25,738 nucleotides of DNA from a virus. Its lineage: Duplodnaviria; Caudoviricetes. This document shows, in pieces, positions 18,366 through 25,738 of the stretch. Position numbers and translations under genes: made by a program. Location: positions 1 to 25,738 of the IMG/VR virus record IMGVR_UViG_3300020325_000069; one strand, written 5' to 3'. Each line of letters starts with the position of its first letter. Positions within the stretch are counted from its first letter, which is position 1. The notes below the pieces were generated by a model that saw nothing but the letters and a program-made list of their open reading frames with translations, did no database searches and had not been told where the DNA came from.

Positions 18366-21300
18366 AATTTGTTACTTCCTCGCCTTGTAATTCTGTTTGT
18401 GAGATTGCTGAAATTATTTTCACATCGGCTGATGTTGTAACACTTAAGAAAATCTCATTTGGTTCACTAGTAATACTTAGCAAGTCTGTAAAACCACTTG
18501 TTGAGAATTTAGGTGTTATTACAACACTCGCAATGTATTCACCAAGTTGCTGATGTAAATATGATGCTAACTCTGAGAAGTAGAATGTATCTCCAAACTC
18601 CCAATTTTCTAATGCAAAATATTCATTTACTTTTGCCGACACCGCAGTTTTGATTTCACTATCAGTATAAGATGTTCCTGATTTTTTAACTACTTTAAAT
18701 GTAGCTTGATTTTCAGGTGTTGAAAATGATCCAAACAAATATTTAAACTTGACTGGAATATAACTTATATGGTCTGCGATAGCCGCCTTAGGTTCAATAG
18801 AACTCATTAATGATTTTAATTCATAATTATTAGGGGCAGTAGGTATTTGCTCTTTAAATCCTCCTGCAATCCATTTGTTTACTTTTCTTACATAGTCACT
18901 TGTCAACACATATAAGTCAACAATGTTACTTGTACTAGGATCAATTCTTTTTTCTAAATCTGCATAATGATCCCATCTAAAACTCATAAATTCATCTTCT
19001 GTATAACTTCTTCCTTCTACAACTTTGTACTTTCTAGAATCATAAACTATACATGTTGGATCATTTGAGTCTGGATACTCAAAGTTTACTATAGGAGACC
19101 ACCCGGCACCAACATAGTTGTACCAAGTCTGGTCAGTTAAGTTGTACCAAATTTTTAAATCTGAACTTGTATTTAAAGGAACAGGGAATAATGGATCAGT
19201 ACTTTGATTATCACTTGCTGTCGCTATCTTAGAAACACGTTCAAACGTTCTTGAACCATCTACGTAGTCTTCGATGACAATATTAGAAACGTCACCATAT
19301 GAATTGAATATGTCTAACACACCATATGGATCACCGTCTGTAGTTTGTGTTAATAATTTAACTCTTGCTTGATTCATGTATCCAGCTTTAGTTATATAAT
19401 CATCATAAACATATGCACTCTTTGTTTCATATGTTGTTGTTCTTCTTTGTAATGAACTTTTTAATTCAACAGTGGCTACAACTTTTACTGAGAAATTATC
19501 TAAGTTTACTGTAGTACTTCCGTCTCCTATGAATACATCTATTAAACTGCCTATACCTGGATCGATTGTCCAGAAGATAACCTTGTAATTAGTCACACCA
19601 GTTCCTGCCGTAGAGATTAGCTGTGTATGTGCAGTATCTATAAATTCACCACTTTTCTTAAGCAGTAAAGTAGACTGTGTAATTGTTTCTGTTGAACTAA
19701 AAGATATTTCACCATATGCAGTTTGTTTAAATCTAACATCGTTTTGTACATTGTCTGCACTTTCGATTGCACCCCAAGTTTGTGATGGATATGTAAATGT
19801 AAATTCATCTTGTGATACATCGTACAAACTAAAGAATGCATCTTGTACACCTTCCATTCCTAATGTTGCTGTTGTAAAATCTTCACCAGTTGGCAATTCA
19901 TTTTGATCCATCCAAATAAAGTTTCCTGTTGTTTGTGCAGTGTTAAAATAATCAGTAGAAGGTTTTCCTAAGAACCCATATGTGTTTTCTAAATTCTCTG
20001 TTGATACTGTGGCTGTGGAACCAACTGCGTTTCCTACGTTTGCTGAATCTGTTTCAGTAGTAACGGGAACCATATCTGGTGAAATATTTATTTCTGATGA
20101 ATTTACAACTTCGTTGTCTGCTTGTACTAACGAAAGTGAGGATACATATTTTGATATATCATCAACTGCAAATTCTAATTCACCATCAGTTGCAACACTA
20201 CTATCGAATATTTGTCCTGTAGGACCTGAACCACTTACTGTACCTATTATTCTATCGTCTACGTTAGTTGGTGATACTATTTCTGTTGCTCTATCAACAA
20301 GATACTGTAGTCCTGTTGGAGAAACCAAATATGTTTTATAACTTTTTGGCACAACCTGTCCTGAATTTTCATCAACAAAGTCGTAAGTAACATCTGCACC
20401 TGTGTGTTTGAATTTTGCTTTGAATGTTGCACCACCGTTGCCGTCATCTGCATACTCATCGATAGGTGTAAAACCAATCGTAATATCGTCAGTACCAACT
20501 GTAGTTACTGTTGCTGATTCAACATCTCCAGGTCTGTAATAGTTAATAAGAATTTTATCTCGTTCTGCTAAATTAGTTTCGTTGTCTACTACAATATCTT
20601 TATTTCCATAGTAGAACTTAACTTGGTCTGTACTTTCAAATACAATCTTCTTACCTTTGATATAAGCTGTGTATTCTGCTTCATTTGTTCTTATACCAGG
20701 TTCGTATTTGTAAAATACAGCAATCTTTCCTGTAATGTCTGTTACTTGAGGATCCTCGTCCCATATGTTCCAAGACCATTGATTGTTGCTATCTAAATCA
20801 TAATATAATGTAAATGAATCAATATTAACATTGTCAATCTTCTGTGACTTGATTGCATCTATTTCTGTTTGATTAAACGTTTTTCTAAAACCTTTTATAA
20901 TTTTTTTAATTGAACCGTTTTCTGTCAATACTTGGTCTAATATATATTCACCTGGTTGTTGACTGTTAACTTTCTTAACTTTTACATAATACATTGCTCT
21001 GCTTGAGTTTGAAGGATTTATACTCTGTCCTTCGATGTATAAACAATCACCTTCTTCAATAGGCAATACTGAATTAGTATCAACTAAATCTATTTGCAAG
21101 TTATTAAGAGAACTTCTTGTGAATTTACCGTCTTCTGTAGTAACAAATGTATTTGCACCTGTTGTAAATTCTTGCCAAACATTTATGTTTGTTCCTGGTT
21201 CTACAGGATTTAATCCATCTGTGTTACTATCAGATATTGCTTCATATAGTTTATCATTTGGTGCTGTCCCGTGTCTGACACTATCACCAACTGTATATGC

Positions 21301-23007
21301 TGTAGAACTATTCCAAACATCTCTAAAGTTTTTAATATCTTTACTGTCTCTGTATTGATAGAAATATTGATTAACTATTGCTGGATGAGATATTGCTTTA
21401 GTTAATTCGTTTCTAATAAAGTCTGTAGAATTTCCGTGGTCTCTGTTAAACTTTAAAGAAAGTCTTAATGCATCGCTCCATGAATTTGGGTCTGTGCCAT
21501 CTACAGTTGTATAATCAAAACGCTCTCCGCCCTCGTTTTCTAAAAATACAGAACCGTCTGTTCCTGTAATACTTAAATCTGAGTGATGTCCTGTAACATC
21601 GTCCATTTCAAAGTAACGTGAATTACCTGCGAATGAAGTGTTTACTGCTTTGACTTTTCTTACAACATTGTTTCCTAATGATAAAGGATAGATGTTATAG
21701 TCTTGAGCATTGACCATTCTGTCTTGTGAATAATATGCCTTCTGTGCAATTCTTCTAACACTTGAAAATGTTTCTGCCGCAAAGTTTTCTGCAAAGTCAC
21801 GTGTACTTGCTAGTGATAATGTAATTCTATATTTTTGGTCATCTGCACCAATGTATGGAATAGAAATCTGTACATCTGCAATATCATTTGAATTCACTGT
21901 AAAGTTTTCGTTTGCACAAACTCTATACCAAACACGATAGTCACCGAATGCCGCATTTCCGAATACGCCATCAGGATAACGTAACTCTACTGAGTTATCA
22001 ATGTTTGTATGAACACTAACTAAATCACCATTACCTGTTCTTAGTGAATTATAAATTGCAGTTTCACGTGTATCATTATCTACTTTAGTTACACTTGACA
22101 GATATGTTCCACTTGATGAGTCTACTTTTTGTATCCAAATATCTGAATTAGAAACGTCTGTATCATTTACAATTTCTGTTCTATTTGATACTTGAGTCAA
22201 GTATCTAAACAATTCACTTTTTAACTGACCCGCTTTTGCAGTCACAAAGAAACCTGTTCTGTCTGATGCTGGTCCTAAGTTATCATTTCTGTTTAAGATT
22301 GTGAAATTTTTTCCAGAAAGAGGTTCACCCTCAATAATTTTATCATCTTCAATGACTGTACGTACTGCTTCAAATCTTCTGTTAGCACCTGCAACATTTG
22401 ATGTAAACGCATATGCTAGAGATTTTGATTCTGGGTTTTCGTTGATTTCATAAAGATAGTTTTCTATAGTACCAACAATAAGACTTGCACTTGGATCTTG
22501 AATTTTTGTATTCTTATTGAAGGATGCATTTAATACAGTTACAAATTTTTCATACCAGTCAACATCATTAGAATCATTCCAGTTACATACGACACCAGCG
22601 AGAGAATTACCTTCGTTGTCTGAAACATCTTCTGTAGTTGATACACTTGTAATCTTCATCATACCACGTGCATTGATAGGTCTTGTTTTGATATAACCTA
22701 ACGTTTTTGCCATACGCAAAATACTCAAACGGCGTTCTGCGGTATCCAAAAAGTTTTCACGTGTATTCATGTCATTTCTAAATGCTAGAGAATGACCTAG
22801 GTATGCAACAAGGTCTAGAATTGCTATAAATTCAGAACTTGCTATAAAATCATTAAATTTATCCGGGTATGTTCTGCTAATATACGAAAGTAAACTTTCA
22901 CGTATAGTATCAAAATCATAAGCCTTCAAGCTAACATTGGTAAATGCGGTATACACACTAGTCCAACTTTCACTTGCGAATAAGTTATCTATTCTGTCTT
23001 GACTCAT
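18355..23007 (-). CDS. Baseplate wedge protein, T4 gp6 / baseplate J-like, with large insertions
   Basis: 1550 aa. N-terminal YDFDTIRESL...ILDLVAY...ENFLDTAERRLSILRMAKTLGY, PDGVFG, ETFSSVRRIA...QDRMVNAQDY, and C-terminal VNEYF...FGDTFYFSELASYLH are typical gp6/J-like signatures. It follows the gp25-like gene. Confidence 0.87.
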   Translation of the reverse strand: MSQDRIDNLFASESWTSVYTAFTNVSLKAYDFDTIRESLLSYISRTYPDKFNDFIASSEFIAILDLVAYLGHSLAFRNDMNTRENFLDTAERRLSILRMAKTLGYIKTRPINARGMMKITSVSTTEDVSDNEGNSLAGVVCNWNDSNDVDWYEKFVTVLNASFNKNTKIQDPSASLIVGTIENYLYEINENPESKSLAYAFTSNVAGANRRFEAVRTVIEDDKIIEGEPLSGKNFTILNRNDNLGPASDRTGFFVTAKAGQLKSELFRYLTQVSNRTEIVNDTDVSNSDIWIQKVDSSSGTYLSSVTKVDNDTRETAIYNSLRTGNGDLVSVHTNIDNSVELRYPDGVFGNAAFGDYRVWYRVCANENFTVNSNDIADVQISIPYIGADDQKYRITLSLASTRDFAENFAAETFSSVRRIAQKAYYSQDRMVNAQDYNIYPLSLGNNVVRKVKAVNTSFAGNSRYFEMDDVTGHHSDLSITGTDGSVFLENEGGERFDYTTVDGTDPNSWSDALRLSLKFNRDHGNSTDFIRNELTKAISHPAIVNQYFYQYRDSKDIKNFRDVWNSSTAYTVGDSVRHGTAPNDKLYEAISDSNTDGLNPVEPGTNINVWQEFTTGANTFVTTEDGKFTRSSLNNLQIDLVDTNSVLPIEEGDCLYIEGQSINPSNSSRAMYYVKVKKVNSQQPGEYILDQVLTENGSIKKIIKGFRKTFNQTEIDAIKSQKIDNVNIDSFTLYYDLDSNNQWSWNIWDEDPQVTDITGKIAVFYKYEPGIRTNEAEYTAYIKGKKIVFESTDQVKFYYGNKDIVVDNETNLAERDKILINYYRPGDVESATVTTVGTDDITIGFTPIDEYADDGNGGATFKAKFKHTGADVTYDFVDENSGQVVPKSYKTYLVSPTGLQYLVDRATEIVSPTNVDDRIIGTVSGSGPTGQIFDSSVATDGELEFAVDDISKYVSSLSLVQADNEVVNSSEINISPDMVPVTTETDSANVGNAVGSTATVSTENLENTYGFLGKPSTDYFNTAQTTGNFIWMDQNELPTGEDFTTATLGMEGVQDAFFSLYDVSQDEFTFTYPSQTWGAIESADNVQNDVRFKQTAYGEISFSSTETITQSTLLLKKSGEFIDTAHTQLISTAGTGVTNYKVIFWTIDPGIGSLIDVFIGDGSTTVNLDNFSVKVVATVELKSSLQRRTTTYETKSAYVYDDYITKAGYMNQARVKLLTQTTDGDPYGVLDIFNSYGDVSNIVIEDYVDGSRTFERVSKIATASDNQSTDPLFPVPLNTSSDLKIWYNLTDQTWYNYVGAGWSPIVNFEYPDSNDPTCIVYDSRKYKVVEGRSYTEDEFMSFRWDHYADLEKRIDPSTSNIVDLYVLTSDYVRKVNKWIAGGFKEQIPTAPNNYELKSLMSSIEPKAAIADHISYIPVKFKYLFGSFSTPENQATFKVVKKSGTSYTDSEIKTAVSAKVNEYFALENWEFGDTFYFSELASYLHQQLGEYIASVVITPKFSTSGFTDLLSITSEPNEIFLSVTTSADVKIISAISQTELQGEEVTNYGQ

Positions 23008-23008
23008 T

Positions 23009-23365
23009 TTATTCTCTCTGTAGGTCTATTGTTAATGTAATCGGTTCTTTCTCTGGTAATAAATCAACCGATATTGATGCTGTTACTGTGTGGTCTGTTT
23101 CACGTAAATTAATACTTGTTAAGCTGACCCTTGGATCATCGTTGATAATCTCTGTTAAATCATCTTCGATAAGTGTTTTTATCTGAGGAGTTAATGGTTC
23201 GAATACTAGGTCATGTATAATAGACCCGTAAGTAGGCATCATTATTCTTTCGCCTTTTCGAGTCATTATGTTATTCAACAAGTCCTCAACCACTAACTCT
23301 TTTCCAGTTAGTGTGTGATTAATTGCTAATTTGTTTTTAGTACTAAAACCTATAAATCTTGCCAT
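23009..23365 (-). CDS. GPW/gp25-family baseplate wedge protein
   Basis: 118 aa; LLNNIMTRKGERIMMPTYGSIIHDLVFEP...INDDPRV is the gp25 signature. Confidence 0.92.
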   Translation of the reverse strand: MARFIGFSTKNKLAINHTLTGKELVVEDLLNNIMTRKGERIMMPTYGSIIHDLVFEPLTPQIKTLIEDDLTEIINDDPRVSLTSINLRETDHTVTASISVDLLPEKEPITLTIDLQRE

Positions 23366-23390
23366 TATATACTCTCTTTACTATTAAGAG

Positions 23391-23398
23391 TATTTATC
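23391..23398 (-). promoter_or_regulatory. T4-late-like promoter motif GATAAATA heading the baseplate operon
   Basis: GATAAATA ends 26 nt before the first base of ATG 23365, followed by AGAGAG; same geometry as at 8852-8859. Confidence 0.65.
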
Positions 23399-23424
23399 AA
23401 CATATAAACTTCGAACTTTTTGTA

Positions 23425-23453
23425 TTGACATTTTGATTCATTTTATGTATAAT
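23425..23453 (+). promoter_or_regulatory. Consensus sigma70 promoter of clpP with a GANTC site in the spacer
   Basis: TTGACA (23425-23430), 17-nt spacer, TATAAT (23448-23453); GATTC at 23435-23439; AGGAG at 23466-23470. Confidence 0.85.
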
Positions 23454-23483
23454 AGTTGAAATTATAGGAGAATAAATAAAATT

Positions 23484-24080
23484 ATGCCTAATCTAGTACC
23501 TATGGTCATTGACCAAACTGCAAACGGAGAACGTAGTTTCGATATTTTTTCTCGTTTGCTTAAAGAACGAGTAATATTTCTTACAGGCGAAGTCAATGAT
23601 TATCAATCTGACTTGATTTGTGCCCAACTTCTATTCTTAGAAGCAGAAAATCCAGAAAAAGATATCCATTTCTATATCAATTCACCAGGAGGTCATGTAA
23701 CTGCTGGTATGGCTATCTATGATACTATGCAATTTGTCAAACCAGATGTTTCTACAATGGTTCTTGGACAAGCATGTTCTATGGGTTCTCTTTTAGCTAC
23801 TGCTGGAGCAAAAGGTAAACGATATATGTTGCCTAATGCTAGACATATGATTCATCAACCTAGTGGTGGAGCAGGCGGTCAAGCTACAGATATGGAAATT
23901 CAAGTACAAGAAATTCTAAAAACAAAAGCACGACTAATTCAAATATATGTGCAACACAATACAGCCGGAAAATCTTATAATGATTTCTATGGTGATATGG
24001 AACGAGATAATTTCATGAACCCAGATGAATCATTGAAGTACGGTCTTATTGACAAAATAATCGACAAAAGACCAGAGTAA
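23484..24080 (+). CDS. clpP: ATP-dependent Clp protease proteolytic subunit
   Basis: 198 aa; LVPMVI...[38 protein letters not shown], catalytic Ser (GQACSMGS), His (MIHQP) and Asp (ERDNFM). Confidence 0.97.
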   Translation: MPNLVPMVIDQTANGERSFDIFSRLLKERVIFLTGEVNDYQSDLICAQLLFLEAENPEKDIHFYINSPGGHVTAGMAIYDTMQFVKPDVSTMVLGQACSMGSLLATAGAKGKRYMLPNARHMIHQPSGGAGGQATDMEIQVQEILKTKARLIQIYVQHNTAGKSYNDFYGDMERDNFMNPDESLKYGLIDKIIDKRPE

Positions 24081-24112
24081 CTATCCCGTAAACAATGAGA
24101 AGGATCACATCG

Positions 24113-24688
24113 ATGTCTACAAAAGATATCATCCGCAAAAACTGGCCTGCGGTAGAAGAACGAATACGAACTTTGTTTAACAAGTATCGTTCAGAATTTG
24201 AAAAAGACGGAATTGAATTCAGTACAAAACAACAAAGTGAACTAATGAGTGAAATCGCTCAAGTAAGTTTTCTTAATATTCTCAAAGAAAAGAATATCAA
24301 CACAGAAGTCAAAGTAGGTGTAAATGTCGCTGATGTTTATATCAATGGAGAACCAGTTGAAATAAAAACATGTGGTGCTGATAAATGGCAAGGCGGTAGT
24401 TTCTCAAAACGACCTGGATTGTATCTCTTATTGAGTTGGAAATATAACGATTCTACAAAACTATTTTGTGCAATGCAAGATATGGTTGAATCTGACTGGC
24501 GTAGTCATATGCTCAATGAAGATAAAAAGATGAAGAAAAATGCAACCTATTATGGCACTTGGTACGGTAAAAAAGAACTAGTAGAAGACAGTAGATATGA
24601 ACTATTGTCAGGAAGCATTGATATTATTGATAAAAAGAAGGATGGATCTCCTCGAAAAGTGCCAAATATACACTTTAAATGGGTGTAA
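24113..24688 (+). CDS. PD-(D/E)XK-superfamily nuclease-like protein (restriction-endonuclease-like)
   Basis: Start moved to ATG 24113 (AAGGA 8 nt upstream). A helix with SEIAQ is followed by VADVYINGEPVEIKT (D...ExK) and hydrophobic strands (LYLLLSW, LFCAM). Confidence 0.55.
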   Translation: MSTKDIIRKNWPAVEERIRTLFNKYRSEFEKDGIEFSTKQQSELMSEIAQVSFLNILKEKNINTEVKVGVNVADVYINGEPVEIKTCGADKWQGGSFSKRPGLYLLLSWKYNDSTKLFCAMQDMVESDWRSHMLNEDKKMKKNATYYGTWYGKKELVEDSRYELLSGSIDIIDKKKDGSPRKVPNIHFKWV

Positions 24689-24723
24689 AAACTTGACAGA
24701 ATCAAGAATCATGCTATTATATA
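24687..24723 (+). repeat. 37-bp promoter repeat, copy 1
   Basis: AAAAACTTGACAGAATCAAGAATCATGCTATTATATA; 34/37 identical to 25095-25131. Confidence 0.9.
24693..24720 (+). promoter_or_regulatory. sigma70-type early promoter with two GANTC sites in the spacer
   Basis: TTGACA (24693-24698), 16-nt spacer, TATTAT (24715-24720) preceded by TGn; GAATC at 24699-24703 and 24706-24710. Confidence 0.82.
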
Positions 24724-24747
24724 GTCATAATGAAAGAGAGGTTAGTT

Positions 24748-25095
24748 ATGACTACATACGCACAAGTTCACGCAGAAGCCACTACACAAGCAACGGCGGC
24801 TGTTGATAAATTTTTCAATGATGTTTTAAAAGGTGAAGACCAATTTGCATGTGGTTTTGCATGGGTTACTGTTTATCCTGAAAACAAGGGTAACACTAAA
24901 CTAGGTAAAGCTGAAAGGGCAGGTCTAGAATCTATTGGATTTACTAAAGACTGGACAGGCAAAGCCTGGCAGTTGTGGAATCCTGGTAAGTACGCAGGTC
25001 AAAACATTGACGCCAAAGAAGAAGGCGCAGAGGCTTATGCAAAAGTAATGAAATCTTACGGTTTCAAAGCATATGCTGGTTCAAGGTTAGACTAA
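24748..25095 (+). CDS. Hypothetical phage protein (CGFAWV motif)
   Basis: Start moved to ATG 24748 (GAGAGG RBS upstream); has its own promoter; motifs ACGFAWV and C-terminal AYAGSRLD. Confidence 0.85.
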   Translation: MTTYAQVHAEATTQATAAVDKFFNDVLKGEDQFACGFAWVTVYPENKGNTKLGKAERAGLESIGFTKDWTGKAWQLWNPGKYAGQNIDAKEEGAEAYAKVMKSYGFKAYAGSRLD

Positions 25096-25131
25096 AAAAC
25101 TTGACAGATTCACGAATCGTGCTATTATATA
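25095..25131 (+). repeat. 37-bp promoter repeat, copy 2
   Basis: AAAAACTTGACAGATTCACGAATCGTGCTATTATATA; 34/37 identical to 24687-24723. Confidence 0.9.
25101..25128 (+). promoter_or_regulatory. sigma70-type early promoter with two GANTC sites in the spacer
   Basis: TTGACA (25101-25106), 16-nt spacer, TATTAT (25123-25128) preceded by TGn; GATTC at 25107-25111 and GAATC at 25114-25118. Confidence 0.82.
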
Positions 25132-25152
25132 AACATGATGAAGGAGAAAGCT

Positions 25153-25626
25153 ATGAGTAAATTTGTTATCGAAACTGCTATTCGTGAAAACTATGCCGCT
25201 CATAATGATGATTGGGATGGTGTTTCAGCATACTGGAAAAACAAAGGTGGAAACACTTATATCGTAGAGGCAGAAACAGCCGAAGAGGCTAAAACTGTCA
25301 TTCCTTTAGTTACAGATTCTAGCAATGCATTTGAAGAAAACTTTTTTGATTTCTTTGAGTGTGACGATGATTTTGAATCTGAGTTTCTTAAATCTCAAAA
25401 AGAGTATGACCCAGAAGGATGGGAAACTCTTTATGTTGACAAAATTGTTCGTAAAGGCAAATCGTCAAACGATTGGTACATGAAACGTGGCTATATCGTT
25501 GGTGGTTGGCAGAAAGGTTCTGAGTATGAACATCTTATTGGTAAGTTTGTTGGTAATGTCGATAATCTTAGTACAGGAAAATGCGTCCTTAAAATTGAAG
25601 GCGATACCCGTACAAGTCTAGTATAA
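25153..25626 (+). CDS. Hypothetical phage protein
   Basis: Start moved to ATG 25153 (AAGGAG RBS at 25141-25146); acidic protein with RENY...YWKNKGG motif; has its own promoter. Confidence 0.85.
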   Translation: MSKFVIETAIRENYAAHNDDWDGVSAYWKNKGGNTYIVEAETAEEAKTVIPLVTDSSNAFEENFFDFFECDDDFESEFLKSQKEYDPEGWETLYVDKIVRKGKSSNDWYMKRGYIVGGWQKGSEYEHLIGKFVGNVDNLSTGKCVLKIEGDTRTSLV

Positions 25627-25654
25627 ATCAATTATAATCGAAAGAGAGGTCGTT

Positions 25655-25738
25655 ATGAAAATTTCAGTTATTCATTCAGCATTCGGAGATACTCCCCACG
25701 TTGTAGCATTTGTTGATGTTCCAGAAGGAACAGAAGAA
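25655..25738 (+). CDS. Hypothetical phage protein (3'-partial; not in ORF track)
   Basis: GAGAGG RBS, then ATG 25655: MKISVIHSAFGDTPHVVAFVDVPEGTEE, open to the window end. Confidence 0.75.
   Translation, partial: MKISVIHSAFGDTPHVVAFVDVPEGTEE

Larger units (their letters stand above)
1..25738. other. Segment of a large contractile-tailed (myovirus, jumbo/T4-like) phage genome
   Basis: Adjacent gp25-like and gp6-like baseplate genes, a 3161-aa structural ORF, T4-late-like ATAAATA motifs, very short or overlapping intergenic gaps, and small hypothetical genes each behind a strong promoter. Confidence 0.92.

Noticed and set aside
3020-23186. Short ORFs antisense or out of frame within long minus-strand genes (e.g. 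3020-3334, 3766-4053, 8519-8872, 11512-11961, 19982-20341, 21035-21358, 22974-23186)
   Set aside because: Shadow ORFs of the real genes, with no recognisable motifs and mostly non-ATG starts.
23366-23483. CtrA box (TTAA-N7-TTAA) in the divergent intergenic region and other gaps
   Set aside because: Looked for because of the GANTC signal; no correctly spaced match was seen.
24687-25131. 37-bp repeat pair as a CRISPR mini-array or att site
   Set aside because: Only two imperfect copies about 400 nt apart, separated by a gene and fully explained as promoters; no cas or integrase gene in the window.
24095-25152. In-frame ATGs exactly 18 nt upstream of the preferred starts of three consecutive genes (24095, 24730, 25135)
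   Set aside because: In each case the Shine-Dalgarno lies between the two ATGs, favouring the downstream start. A leaderless isoform from 25135 cannot be excluded but has no direct support.
25610-25638. Promoter for the last partial gene (TATAAT at 25633-25638)
   Set aside because: No credible -35 or extended -10; the gene is probably read through from the 25101 promoter.

Overview
AT-rich (roughly 30% GC by eye), gene-dense segment of a large myovirus (jumbo/T4-like) genome. No tRNA, rRNA, CRISPR array or IS element was seen. There are three modules. (1) 1-6118, minus strand: a tightly coupled operon with its own sigma70-type promoter, encoding three GT-A-fold glycosyltransferase-like proteins, two hypothetical proteins and at least two tandem paralogous radical SAM enzymes with an N-terminal twitch-type Cys cluster. 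The second radical SAM gene (837 to <1) is missing from the ORF track. (2) 6122-23398, minus strand: a baseplate/tail module with a gp25-like gene, a 1550-aa gp6-like wedge, a 3161-aa giant structural protein, a baseplate/fibre-attachment-like protein and two paralogous virion proteins, with GATAAATA late-promoter-like motifs. (3) 23425-end, plus strand: a divergent early-type region with host-like clpP, an orphan PD-(D/E)XK nuclease-like gene and small hypothetical genes behind near-identical sigma70 promoters. The most notable observations are the glycosyltransferase + twitch radical SAM operon (a candidate uncharacterised glycan-building/tailoring system next to the tail genes), GANTC (CcrM/GcrA-type) sites in the spacers of the plus-strand promoters, and a five-fold nested flagellin/FliD-like stalk inside the giant structural protein. 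All functional calls come from motif reading; no database search was run.
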